Assembly: GCA_009859145.1 (NCBI GenBank)
Contig: VRVR01000015.1
Coordinates: 1-64,000, forward strand
DNA length: 64,000 nucleotides
Direction: 5' to 3'
From: Andalucia godoyi And28
Taxonomy: Eukaryota; Protista; Jakobida
The position numbers were made by a program, and so were the translations under genes. This document shows positions 29,037 to 39,691 of the stretch, piece after piece. Numbering within the stretch: the stretch's first letter is position 1; the number at the start of each line of letters is the position of its first letter. The notes beneath the pieces were generated by a model, which did not search any database, was not told the DNA's origin, and saw nothing but the letters and a program-made list of their open reading frames with translations.

Positions 29037-31742
29037 ATGAATGATGGACTAGGTGTTCCGCCGGTGGTGTCTTTGCGAATTGACAATGTGCCTGGACTTG
29101 TTGTTCGCACCAACGATGTGACGATTGTGAGCGAAGGCAAAGACGTCGTTGTGGGTCCGGATCGGTTTGGACACGTCTCGTCCATTGTGGATGCGTCCAT
29201 TGACGATGCTGTTGTGCTGGATCGGTTGTTTCGAGATCCGATCCGCAGATTTCTTGATGGATACTCGGTCGTGTGCATTCATCTGAATCATTCACAGTCT
29301 AAATCCTTGTTTCGTGTGACCTCTGGCATTCCGCTGTTCTCATCGGTCTGCCAGTTGATTTTGTCACGCCTGCAATCGTCCGCGGCATCTGCAGCGGGAA
29401 TCCAGGTTCAGCTGTGCGAGCTTGTCGATGAGCGATGGAGAGACTTGGTTTCCACGGAACGTGTTTCCATGCAAGACGATGCGGACAATCAAAGCTACTT
29501 TATTCCTGCGTCGCGCGTCAATCTCACAGTGGATGTTGTTGGGGCGCTGCAGGATACGTTTTCTCGGTCGTCTCCGCTAGAATCGTCTCCCTTTGCAATC
29601 AGCGTCGCTGTGTTTGAGACAAAGGGTATCACACCGACCTCCACGTGTAACAAGCTTGTCATCGTCGAAGTTCCCTCATGGGAACGAGTGGTTGGCGATC
29701 TGCATGCCCTGCGCGTCACTGTTGGAAATCTTGCTTCCCAAAGCGCAATTTCCCTAACCCGACTACTTACAGCAACCGACTGGAGAGACATGTCGCTCAT
29801 TCGATCCTCGTCCCAACTGGCGCAGATGATGTGCTTCTTTCTGCCGATTTCGCATGTGCATTGTTTGCTTTCCGTGCCTTCCAATATCACGCCCTCTGTT
29901 GGAGCGAAACTTCTCTCCATCACCCATGGCGCTGCAGTTTCATGGAAATCGTTCCCGATTCCAATCACTTTGGTTGTGGCGGCTGCTCTTTCATTGTTCC
30001 GGAAGGATGTGAAGATGTTCTCAAATTTTTCCAACGCGTCAACTTCTGCATCCTCTCAAGAAGGTGCCGACATACTCAACCAGCAAAGAATGCATGAGCT
30101 GGAAGGCCGCTTGATCAAGATTAACCTTGAGCGCTCCAAGCTCGCAGAAGAGAATGACAAGATCTTGAAGCGAATGGAAGACTTCAAGGGAAAGCTGGCG
30201 AAACTCGTAGAAGAGAAGAATCGATTGTCAACAGACTTGATTTCCGCGGAAGAAGAGAAATTGCAGTTGTCAAAGTCTCTCATCGATTTGAAGATGCAAG
30301 CCGGAAACACAACGCAGGCGTTTGAGGCTGAGAAGTACGACCTTTTGACCAGGATGATTGAGCTTGAAAATTCGAAAACAGAGTCCATTGCAAAATGCAG
30401 GGAGCTGGAAGAAGAGATCCAAAAGTGCCGAAGAGAATTGACAGAGAAGGACGACGATTTTCGTGCGCTCTCCATGGAGTTTGTGATTGTCAAACAAAAC
30501 TTTCAGGAACTGGCCAATCAGAAGGCGCCTGGGAAGATGCCTGAGAAGGCACCTATTGCTGCGGAGGCCCCTGCCCTGCTGCCGCCTCCTTCGTCAAGTG
30601 CAGTCCCAGATACGTCTAGAGAAAATGCTCCAGTCAATGATGAAAGAACAGCTTTTTTGTCCACTGCAAGCAGCGATGGGCAGCAGAAAGTTGGATCTTT
30701 GGTCCAGGACGCTAACGTCGACAATTTATATCGTGAAATTCGATTGCTTCGCGCACAGAAAAGTAAGATACTGGAACAGTTGGAAGAGTCAAAGACGTCG
30801 TTGGCCCGGGAGCGGTCCGCCTGGGAAGCCACCACGCTCAATGCAATGTGCAATTCCGACTTGTTGAGCTCTCCGTTCGGAACTCCAGAAGTCGACATTC
30901 TTCGTGCGCTGCGGAATGGATTCGCGGAAGGATACCATCGGCTCCGGACGTTGCTTCAAACAATGTCTGGTGTGCCGTCACTCGCTGAAGTGGTGACAAA
31001 TGTTCCGACTGCGTCGGAATTGTACGAGCTCATTATTCGGGAGCGCACGATTTTCCAAAACGACGCTCGATTCAACTCTTTCCTCCCTGTGGAAGCAGCT
31101 CCAAAGGAAGAAGCGCTACGATCCGATGGAGAAGGGCGGGAAGTGGACGACCTTCGTCAAAAAATGGAAGTGCTGTCGACGGATAATCGAACCCTGCGCA
31201 GCACAATACGGGCCTTGTCGCAACAGATTGAGGATCTTTCCTCGGCTCCTGCAAAACCCATGCAGCCCGACGCCGATGCTGCCATGTTGCAGAAGTTGCG
31301 TGATGAAAATTCATCCCTTCAGAATCAGGTGGAGTCCGCAAAGAAGTCTTCCGCTGCTGCAGAAGATGAAAAGAATGCGCGAATCCGCACTCTGGATGGA
31401 GAAGTGCGAAAGCTACAGGATGAGCGTAGTACACTGCTGCAAGAACTGGACGCGCTTCGAGCACGAAAGTCTCGCCCTCCTTCTGCTGCGAAACCAGACC
31501 CGCGTGTTGCCATGCAGATGGAAGAGGATGCGCGCACCATCCATACTTTGCGAGACGAGATCAGCAAGCTCCACGAAGCTCTGGACCAGGCGTCGGATGC
31601 AGACAAAAGACTGCAAGTCGTTAAAAAGATGTCGTTAGACAAGACAAAGGCGCTTGAGAAGTCGAGCTTGGAATGGAAGAATCGAGCACTGTTGGCAGAA
31701 CAACAGCTCGAGGAGCTGCAAATTATGATGAAGCGACAATGA
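29037..31742 (+). CDS. Degenerate kinesin-motor-like domain fused to a CCDC78-like (DUF4472) coiled coil
   Basis: N-terminal kinesin-like blocks FLDGYSVV, QLCELVDERWRDLV, KLVIVEVPSWER and SQLAQMM, with no P-loop. EEEKLQLSKSLIDLKMQ...FEAEKYDLLTRMIELEN resembles CCDC78 DUF4472. ATG 29037. Confidence 0.82.
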   Translation: MNDGLGVPPVVSLRIDNVPGLVVRTNDVTIVSEGKDVVVGPDRFGHVSSIVDASIDDAVVLDRLFRDPIRRFLDGYSVVCIHLNHSQSKSLFRVTSGIPLFSSVCQLILSRLQSSAASAAGIQVQLCELVDERWRDLVSTERVSMQDDADNQSYFIPASRVNLTVDVVGALQDTFSRSSPLESSPFAISVAVFETKGITPTSTCNKLVIVEVPSWERVVGDLHALRVTVGNLASQSAISLTRLLTATDWRDMSLIRSSSQLAQMMCFFLPISHVHCLLSVPSNITPSVGAKLLSITHGAAVSWKSFPIPITLVVAAALSLFRKDVKMFSNFSNASTSASSQEGADILNQQRMHELEGRLIKINLERSKLAEENDKILKRMEDFKGKLAKLVEEKNRLSTDLISAEEEKLQLSKSLIDLKMQAGNTTQAFEAEKYDLLTRMIELENSKTESIAKCRELEEEIQKCRRELTEKDDDFRALSMEFVIVKQNFQELANQKAPGKMPEKAPIAAEAPALLPPPSSSAVPDTSRENAPVNDERTAFLSTASSDGQQKVGSLVQDANVDNLYREIRLLRAQKSKILEQLEESKTSLARERSAWEATTLNAMCNSDLLSSPFGTPEVDILRALRNGFAEGYHRLRTLLQTMSGVPSLAEVVTNVPTASELYELIIRERTIFQNDARFNSFLPVEAAPKEEALRSDGEGREVDDLRQKMEVLSTDNRTLRSTIRALSQQIEDLSSAPAKPMQPDADAAMLQKLRDENSSLQNQVESAKKSSAAAEDEKNARIRTLDGEVRKLQDERSTLLQELDALRARKSRPPSAAKPDPRVAMQMEEDARTIHTLRDEISKLHEALDQASDADKRLQVVKKMSLDKTKALEKSSLEWKNRALLAEQQLEELQIMMKRQ

Positions 31743-32067
31743 TCCGGACCGTGTATGTCGCCCGTCCATCGTGGTTTTTTCACTGATCCATCGTCTTCTT
31801 TTCTTTTTTCTTTTTTCCCCCTTTTTTCTTTATCTTTATTCTTATCATAATATTTCTTGTTTTTTATTGCTGTTTTTTTTAAATTTTGCGTTGTAACTCA
31901 TGGTGTTGTGTTGTCCTGTACGCGGGGCTGCTGTATTTATGCTTGCGCTGCTTCGCTCCTTCCAGGGCTGCACCATACCAAAAGACGGTCTATATTAGTA
32001 ATCATACAGCTACAACGACAAAGCTAAAGCCACAAACGAATTGCAAATAGCCCCGAAAAAAGTTTCC

Positions 32068-32439
32068 ATGCATAGAAGTAGTAGCAGGAGTATTTACCCT
32101 CCAACCCAAAACCTCTCCCAAACACTTGGCTCGCATGCTGCGCCTCAGACAGATTATTTGGCGCAAAGTGACTTTATGAATCAGCATCAGCGCCCATCGT
32201 CGATTACAAAGGAATCGGTTGTCAATATCCGACAGTGTCTCATTGGACCTCGACCTGCACACCTTCAGCCATACTATCCGATGATGCCACAGCCGTTCCA
32301 CCAGACGTTTTGTGCTGGACGTGTTATATCATACAAGGACACATACGGTACATATCACGGTTTCAGCTTGATGCTAGCCGTAGGAGAGAGAGCGTGTGTG
32401 CAAAAACCGACAAAGCGTGGTGTGGGTTCCGTCGGTTAA
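32068..32439 (+). CDS. Putative orphan protein (123 aa, P/Q/S-rich)
   Basis: ATG at 32068 within track ORF 32041..32439; fills an intergenic gap; no homology recognised. Confidence 0.22.
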   Translation: MHRSSSRSIYPPTQNLSQTLGSHAAPQTDYLAQSDFMNQHQRPSSITKESVVNIRQCLIGPRPAHLQPYYPMMPQPFHQTFCAGRVISYKDTYGTYHGFSLMLAVGERACVQKPTKRGVGSVG

Positions 32440-32525
32440 TTGACACGTTTTGTTTTTCACCCTTTGCTTTTATTGTTTTTAAAAGTGTTATTGTTGCTGT
32501 CAGTATTATTGTTTCGTACTTTAAG

Positions 32526-32627
<102 letters not shown>

Positions 32628-32639
32628 GGAAAGTGCGTT

Positions 32640-33680
32640 ATGAGTCGAACAATGACGGAAACGAGCGCGTTCTTGACGCAGCCCGAAACGTTGGAGTTCA
32701 GCTCGTCAGCGAATCGCTCGGTGCCGTTTGCAGGAAGAACGCCTGCCGAAAAACTTGAAAACTCCCGAAAGCGTGTTTCCGTGACGACGAAGCTTGCGGA
32801 CAAGCGCAACGAGATGGAGGAAGTGGATATGCAGATCAAGGCCAAAATCACTGAATTTGAGTCATGTCTGGTTGCGTGGAGATCCCGGGAAGAGGTTCTT
32901 CGCAAGCGGCAACGGGATTTTCAACAGTTGGTGGAAGCATACAGACAAGAACAACCGGAACATGAGATGCGCGTCATTCGAGCGGTGAGGAAGTACGAAG
33001 AGGCGTGCAAACAGAGAGACGCAAAGCATGCAGAAATCAAGGAAATGACTGCGTTGCTGGAGAATCTAAAGTTGGAAAAGAAGAAGAAGGAGGAGGAACG
33101 AATGAGAATTCTTTGCTATCAGGAGTTCTTGAACAACGTCTTGGAGTATGCACATGGCGGATCGTTCAACGAGATTGCAGATATTATCAGAAGACATGAG
33201 ACGCTCAAGAATACCGGCATGCACCTCGCTTCCCGAATCGAAGAAGACCGGGCGCAAATCGAGGAGATCAAGGCACACATTCAAAAATACACGGTGGACA
33301 AACAGACACAGGTGCTCATTTCGAACAAGGAAATTGCTCACAAGAACCAAGAATTGGAGCAGATCCGGCTGGATGCAGATCGGGAGGAGCATCTCGTGGA
33401 ACGTAACCGTGAGTCGTCGAACCAGACTTCCGCGTTGCTCGGCCAGCTGCGAATGGCTATTGTCAATCTGTATGCCCGATGCAAAACGAAGCACTATGGG
33501 TCGTTGGATGCGTCCACAGATCTGATCAAGGCAATCGAGGTGATCGGTTCGAGGCTGTCTGATTTGTTGTTCGTCACGACCAAGGCGAGCCAAGGCGCCC
33601 TTCCCAACCGTCGTGAAACGCTTCTCGCGAACCCAGGGCCTCCTGCCAAGCGTGCGGAAGACAGTTACGGGAAGGAGTAG
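32640..33680 (+). CDS. CFAP73: CFAP73/CCDC42 family (DUF4200) ciliary coiled-coil protein
   Basis: TKLADKRNEMEEVD...REEVLRKR...RAVRKYEE...YQEFLNNVLE...FNEIADIIRRHETLKNT matches the CCDC42/CFAP73 pattern. ATG 32640 after the microsatellite. CFAP73 versus CCDC42 is not resolved. Confidence 0.82.
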   Translation: MSRTMTETSAFLTQPETLEFSSSANRSVPFAGRTPAEKLENSRKRVSVTTKLADKRNEMEEVDMQIKAKITEFESCLVAWRSREEVLRKRQRDFQQLVEAYRQEQPEHEMRVIRAVRKYEEACKQRDAKHAEIKEMTALLENLKLEKKKKEEERMRILCYQEFLNNVLEYAHGGSFNEIADIIRRHETLKNTGMHLASRIEEDRAQIEEIKAHIQKYTVDKQTQVLISNKEIAHKNQELEQIRLDADREEHLVERNRESSNQTSALLGQLRMAIVNLYARCKTKHYGSLDASTDLIKAIEVIGSRLSDLLFVTTKASQGALPNRRETLLANPGPPAKRAEDSYGKE

Positions 33681-33862
33681 TCGTGTCAGTATTATTTTAT
33701 TATTATTCTTTAATGTCGTGGTTTCGAGAATCGAGTAATGTATATTTCTCGCGTCTCTCGACATCTGCTGCATAGTTTGTACATAATCGTCACAATCATG
33801 GTGATCATGATCATGTTGAAGAAGAAGAAGAAAGTAAATGGCAGTTCTGCGAAAAGAAGCGG

Positions 33863-36800
33863 TTATGAGCGGGACCTCACGTACACCATACCGTCCTCGT
33901 TCTTTTCCGGCCTCGAAACAATCTTGAAGCGACGAATGTGGACCACCGGACCATATACATTGAGCCCAGATGCGCGGACGACGAACTGATTCTGAACACG
34001 ATGCCCGACATTCTGCGACATCGCCGTTGGAGCATCACCAACAACCGACGGCTGCACATCGCTTTCCACGAATGAGCGATGAGACGCGGGAACGAAAAGA
34101 GACTCCTCGACATCGTGCGAAACAGACTGAGACTTTGAAGAGAATGCGGATCGAAACGGGGGCACAGGAAATTTGGAAACCTGCATGGCCCCACTCGCAC
34201 TGACAGCATTCGCAGGCGACAGCTGCTGACCGTCTGCGTGCTCCCCGGCCTCAAGAGTATGAAGAGACTGCACAAAGTCCGCAAGCTCGTCAAAATCGAA
34301 AGAGGACCACTTGTCAGTCGCGGAACCCGTTTCAGCGGAGCGCTCGTCTGCGCTCTCCTCAAATCCTCCAAAACCACGTTGGCCCGCACGCTTTGGAGTA
34401 GGTTTCGAAGTCTGCCGACGAACAGCACCCCCTTGCAACGAATTGGAGGCTGCTGCGAGAGCAGGAAGTTCTTGGCCCACTTCGGGAACAGCGAACCGCA
34501 CCATTGCTCGACGCTTCTTGCGCGCCATCATGATCGACAGATTTCTGTCTGTGATCGACGACAAGTCAATGGTCTTCTTTGAGACCTGGCTGGCCGGAGG
34601 TGCCGCTGCATGCGGATGGGGATCCGCAGACGTTGAAGCAGTCGAACTCGCCGCGGACGGCAGACACGCATGCGTGACCAACATGGGGGATGCTGCAGTT
34701 GACGGATGCTCGCGGTCTTGGACGCCCTGATACACCAGGTTGTGTTGCTCCGAAACAGAAACGGGGGATACGTCCTTCACCCAGCGCTTCGTGGTGTTCG
34801 GAGATATATAACTTATTACGCCCGGTGATATGTGAGAAGAGGAAGAGCCCGTGGCACTGGTCCTGGTATGACTACCCGTAAGAGAAGCAGCATCGTCTCG
34901 ATCATCCTCGTCGGAAGGCACCGCTGGCACGTCAAGAGCAGATCTTCCATGGACTGTTTCGACTTGATGTCGGTATTGTTGCTCCTTGAGAAGGTCATCT
35001 ATCAAGGAATCATCTGTTTCTTCCTTCACCGACAATTGAGACCTGGCAGAAGACTTGCCAGGACCGAGAGAGAACGCTTGCAGACCACCGACGAGCTGCT
35101 GTGGAGTGTAGGTGTCCCCAAGTGCATCTGGAGCATAACTAAGCTTTCCTGGTTTCACTAGCACACCGGGGTCTGCACGTTTCTTGCTCATAATAACAAA
35201 TTCCGGGAGACTTGAATCTACACTCTCCTCGCTGATGGCGTCGGACATCTCCGAAGGCTCTTCGCGTCTGTCAAGCTGTGCAGCGTACTGCATGATGCTA
35301 TCGACTTGTCCTCGCAATAAATCATATGCTCGCAACACCTCCATATATCCACTCCTCAAAACATCATTTTCTTGTTTCAATCGACGTTCTTCCATAGCGG
35401 TCTCCTCGAGCAAATTGTTCAGTTCAGGAGAAAGATCCTTGACAAAGAATGTGGACGCAGACGAGGCAGTCCCGGCCACAGAATGAGCTGCAGACGCTGC
35501 ATTCGGAAGAGACCGGACCTGTTTTGCATTCGCAGCTGCAGTCAAAGCAGCAATCGTCTGGGAAAGCTCATCGCTGCGTCGAAGGAGCGCATCACGTTCT
35601 TCTTGCAACAAACGGACTTTTTCAGAAAGAATCCCCGAGCGAGTCTTCTCCATAAAGGCCTCTTCAGTCTGAAGGAAAACGTCGACGCTCTTCCTCTTTA
35701 GCGGAGGAGCCTCCGGCGGCGCCAATTGACGTGGTTTGGACTCAAATCCCACGGAAACTTTCAATGGAATGTGCTCGGGTCCCGGCGAATCAGGCTCATC
35801 AGAACCCACCGACGCATTCACAGCGAAATACTGACGCAAAGAGGATGTGCTTGTAGAATGCACCAAATATGCCGGCAAATCCGTATTCATTCCTTCCGAT
35901 ACAACACTCGAAGCCCTGCGAGCAGATGGCCGGCGTGTGTCACCATGCTCTTCAGTGTCCGCAGACAAGGAGTCTCGGGAAGATAACGTATCAGAATGCT
36001 TCGGTGAGCGGTCATCGGGCTGCACGAAGTGAGTCTGTGGCATGGTCGCGGTTTGGGGCCGCGAAGCGGAAGGGATTGAATTCCTTGATGTATTGGGAGA
36101 TCGCATCGCAGTGGACATTGACGTTCGCCGTGTCCCAGAATGCGATGCTGGGCGTACAGCGATGCTGCTAGAATCGTCATCGATGCCCTCGATGCCGCCA
36201 GGCGGAAAAGCTGCCCCGGCTTTGGATCGCGAGGGGCCCAAAATTGCCGCGGTGTTTGAATGAGACAAAAGATGTTTCCGAGAGCCACCGTCATCACCGA
36301 GAGGACGAGAGTTGGTTCGAGAGTGCATTCGTGGCCAAGGAAGAGACGCGTTTTGTGAACCAGATTTGGAAACAAATGGAGAACCTTTGGAAGATCCACG
36401 TGACGACGGACGCGAGGACGGGCTGGACCCAGGATCCAAAGGTCGGACTCCAAACCCTTTTTCTGCAAACGGGCCTGTGATGCCCAAGCCGAGAACAGGC
36501 TGCACAAACTCTTCCGCCCCCAGAATATCGGCGGATATCTCGGTAGAAATTGAATGCGTACGTGGTCGGGTGGGGATTGGGGGTTGCTCCACAACTTCCG
36601 ATTGAATGCCCTTGTCTGACGAAGAAACAGCATGTAGGTTGCACATTGTCGATGCATCGGCCCGGACCTCGTTTTCCAACAAAGGACGAGGAGATCCCAT
36701 TGGAATCGGATTTGCAATCGGAAACGGATTCTGGCTCGCCGACGGTAGTATATCATCAACAGAGTTGCAAACGTCCGTCTGCGATGCAGTTGTTGTCGTT

Positions 36801-38959
36801 GCCATAGAATGCTTGGCGACCGTAGAACTGGTAATGACACCACCTGTCTGCGAAAGGAGAGCAACGGACAAGGAACGGCACGAGAGACTATGGAGAGAAC
36901 TGGATCGCGAAGTATTTTTGTCGAGACTCGGCAGAGACACTGGAGACACTCGTCCGGACGCGCTGTGCTCGCCCAAATCGTCTTCGGCAAACTCAGACAG
37001 TTCCTCTCCCAGAAGAGCATCCGCTGCGTCTTCTTCTCCATCATCTTGGCCGCACTCAACATGCGCAACTCTTGGTTTTGCTTCTACCGTACGAGACATG
37101 AAGAATCCGGTTTCCATCTGTGGAATTGTCTGCACTCCGAGTTCCTGTCGAGACCGGCCCTGAATCATTTCCCAGGCATACACATCGAGCAAATCAATTC
37201 CTGTTTGGATGTGAGCATTGTTCTGATCATTAATCATCTGAAGCTTCAGATCCTCTGCTTCTCGCTGGCAGAGTTCTCGAGTCGCAAGGCGCGAGACAAT
37301 TGCTGATTCTAGACTCTTTGCGTGCACCCACGCCGCGACAACATCCTCTAGTGGCAATGTGTCGCAGATCTTGTTCAGCGACGGGAACTTGGATTGTTCA
37401 TAAATGACCATCGCAGCTTCGATTTCCGGATTGGAGTGCCGAACCGTCTTGATGAGACTCAGCAGCTTGACTTTGTATTCATGGAACGCACGGAACCCAA
37501 CTTGAATGGCGTCCAACTCTTGTTTGGCTGTGTAGAGGCGGTGCTCGAGGAGAGAATTTTTCATGACGAGCACGGAGCACCTTGTCATCAGCCTCCATTC
37601 TCGAGAACGAACCATGGATGTCAGCGAATGAAAATGTGCAACGTCTTGCTCGAGTACCATTATCCGTCGACGGGCCTTGAAGAGATCTGCCTGGGATTCG
37701 ACCTTTTCACGGATAAGCCGCTGGCGAACCTGCTCCATGTATGCGTCCTCTGCAGATTTGTACATGGACGCCCGCTTCTTCTTCAGCGGCCTTCCGCCGC
37801 CCCGCTGAGAGCCCTCCCGGCTCGTTGGGACCACAGAAGCAATGTCGTTCACAGACAGGGTCGTATTGTTTGGAACGCGACCCGTCGGATCCCTTCCGGG
37901 AGACCGCTTTGCGTGGAGGGCATTTCCGTCAGACACTGCAGTACGCAAGGACTCGGATCCCTTGGCATCGGTAGCCAGTCCCTCTGCTTCGCCGTCGCTG
38001 GAATCCTCGTCGCTTCCCAGGTTGCCAAACAAAGTGGGTGACATCTTGGCGTTCTGCGCCAGACGACGGATAGCTAGGCAGCGAGCATCAATGTCCAAAG
38101 ATACCGCAAGTTCCTCCATTGCTGTCAGCAGATTGAAAAGATCAAACACCGGAGCTTCCAGATCGACGTTCATCGCATCCAAAGCTGCCGCGCACTTGTG
38201 ATAGTCCTCGGCGCCGAGGCATCTTCGCATTTCAGATACTCTGGAAATCAACGATTCTTCCAGCTCGGTACGGACATAGTGCACCGCATCCATGATCAGT
38301 GCTATTTGCTTGCCGATCTCCAGATCTCGGTCTTTGCTCAAGAAGAGGCTCTTCGATTTCGAGAGGCCGTCTTCATACGGCTTCAACATGTCCGACAAGT
38401 GATTGGCCGTTCGGCGCAGAGTTACATCCGACGCATCTCGAACCGCCGCAACCGGACTGGAAAGTCCCTCTTTTGCATTTGGGCTCTTTGACCACTGCTT
38501 CATGTGCTGCTTGCTTCGATATGCATTCTCAAACACCCGCAATTGTTCTTCTCGATCGCGATTCACGGGATTCATCGCATTCGTGTGTCCTGTCGGCAGC
38601 TGCGCCACGTTAGAGTACGCAGACGACAGCTGTTGTGGCGAACTGTCTCCATCTGGATGCAGCACCAATCGTGGAACTGCAGGAATGGCGACCAGGGACC
38701 CGCTATGTCCAGATGTGGTTGTTGGGGATGACGACGCAGACATGTGCGTACTTCGGGGCACGCGCTCCGTCTTCAAGTACTGTTCATCGGCAGAATCGGC
38801 TTTCGTGTCGTCCAGTTTCGGATCCGGGGCAGGAGGGACACCTGCCGCAATCTTTGCTCGGGATGGCGACCCTGCCGCAGTACGGCCGTACGGTGTCCGA
38901 TCCGGGAAGTTCGGATCTCGAACGCGCCGCATTGCCATAGGCATGTTTGCGGGATACAT
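33863..38959 (-). CDS. Large orphan protein (1698 aa), mostly disordered with coiled-coil segments
   Basis: 5.1-kb uninterrupted ORF from an ATG; Ser/Pro-rich; heptad stretches (YMEQVRQRLIREK...; LLQEERDALLRR...). Confidence 0.8.
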   Translation of the reverse strand: MYPANMPMAMRRVRDPNFPDRTPYGRTAAGSPSRAKIAAGVPPAPDPKLDDTKADSADEQYLKTERVPRSTHMSASSSPTTTSGHSGSLVAIPAVPRLVLHPDGDSSPQQLSSAYSNVAQLPTGHTNAMNPVNRDREEQLRVFENAYRSKQHMKQWSKSPNAKEGLSSPVAAVRDASDVTLRRTANHLSDMLKPYEDGLSKSKSLFLSKDRDLEIGKQIALIMDAVHYVRTELEESLISRVSEMRRCLGAEDYHKCAAALDAMNVDLEAPVFDLFNLLTAMEELAVSLDIDARCLAIRRLAQNAKMSPTLFGNLGSDEDSSDGEAEGLATDAKGSESLRTAVSDGNALHAKRSPGRDPTGRVPNNTTLSVNDIASVVPTSREGSQRGGGRPLKKKRASMYKSAEDAYMEQVRQRLIREKVESQADLFKARRRIMVLEQDVAHFHSLTSMVRSREWRLMTRCSVLVMKNSLLEHRLYTAKQELDAIQVGFRAFHEYKVKLLSLIKTVRHSNPEIEAAMVIYEQSKFPSLNKICDTLPLEDVVAAWVHAKSLESAIVSRLATRELCQREAEDLKLQMINDQNNAHIQTGIDLLDVYAWEMIQGRSRQELGVQTIPQMETGFFMSRTVEAKPRVAHVECGQDDGEEDAADALLGEELSEFAEDDLGEHSASGRVSPVSLPSLDKNTSRSSSLHSLSCRSLSVALLSQTGGVITSSTVAKHSMATTTTASQTDVCNSVDDILPSASQNPFPIANPIPMGSPRPLLENEVRADASTMCNLHAVSSSDKGIQSEVVEQPPIPTRPRTHSISTEISADILGAEEFVQPVLGLGITGPFAEKGFGVRPLDPGSSPSSRPSSRGSSKGSPFVSKSGSQNASLPWPRMHSRTNSRPLGDDGGSRKHLLSHSNTAAILGPSRSKAGAAFPPGGIEGIDDDSSSIAVRPASHSGTRRTSMSTAMRSPNTSRNSIPSASRPQTATMPQTHFVQPDDRSPKHSDTLSSRDSLSADTEEHGDTRRPSARRASSVVSEGMNTDLPAYLVHSTSTSSLRQYFAVNASVGSDEPDSPGPEHIPLKVSVGFESKPRQLAPPEAPPLKRKSVDVFLQTEEAFMEKTRSGILSEKVRLLQEERDALLRRSDELSQTIAALTAAANAKQVRSLPNAASAAHSVAGTASSASTFFVKDLSPELNNLLEETAMEERRLKQENDVLRSGYMEVLRAYDLLRGQVDSIMQYAAQLDRREEPSEMSDAISEESVDSSLPEFVIMSKKRADPGVLVKPGKLSYAPDALGDTYTPQQLVGGLQAFSLGPGKSSARSQLSVKEETDDSLIDDLLKEQQYRHQVETVHGRSALDVPAVPSDEDDRDDAASLTGSHTRTSATGSSSSHISPGVISYISPNTTKRWVKDVSPVSVSEQHNLVYQGVQDREHPSTAASPMLVTHACLPSAASSTASTSADPHPHAAAPPASQVSKKTIDLSSITDRNLSIMMARKKRRAMVRFAVPEVGQELPALAAASNSLQGGAVRRQTSKPTPKRAGQRGFGGFEESADERSAETGSATDKWSSFDFDELADFVQSLHTLEAGEHADGQQLSPANAVSASGAMQVSKFPVPPFRSAFSSKSQSVSHDVEESLFVPASHRSFVESDVQPSVVGDAPTAMSQNVGHRVQNQFVVRASGLNVYGPVVHIRRFKIVSRPEKNEDGMVYVRSRS

Positions 38960-39691
38960 TGTGATGGCCTCTATATTGTATTAAAAACAACAACAATAGT
39001 AATGATAATTCTCACCGCGCACAACTCGTACTGCAGACTCCTCGAGAAATGATATTTCCACTGTACAACTCTTTTGAAGATGGGAATTTCTGTGTAATTA
39101 AACAAATCACGCGTGCGGAAATATTGGGGTGAATCGATCGCAATTTCGCAGCACGCAAGATGATGATGAACAGAAACAATGAAAACAGGAGAACTGTGAG
39201 CACGGCGGGGAGTGCACAGCGCATTACTGGTCATTTTACTTTTTCTTTTTTTTCATTTAAATAAAGGTTCAAAACGGTTTCAATGAGGTGGTCGCATAAC
39301 TGCTGTCAGGCTTGTATGAGAACTGCTTGCACGCGAGCCCATCATATCAGTTTCAATCTTGTACCACTCCGCACTCGTCCTTCGTCGTTTGTGCCTGGCC
39401 AACGATTTGAGAGATCCGACGTTTTCACTCGAGACGAAATTACGCAGAGTACCGCAGTTGCTCTGGCGAATTGGATAGGCAGACGGTCACCCGTTGCATT
39501 TTAGTAGTCATTGTAGTAGTGGTAGTAGTAGTAGTAGTGGTGGTGGTGGTGGTAATTATTGATGTACAGTGGTCCGCTTCTCGAGTGAATTCCAACGTGC
39601 TTCTTGTTTGTCTTTTAGAGTCGACGTCCTGGGATTTCATCTCTGTTTTCTCACGATTTTTCAAAAAAGAAAGAGGGAGGGGAGGAAAAGG

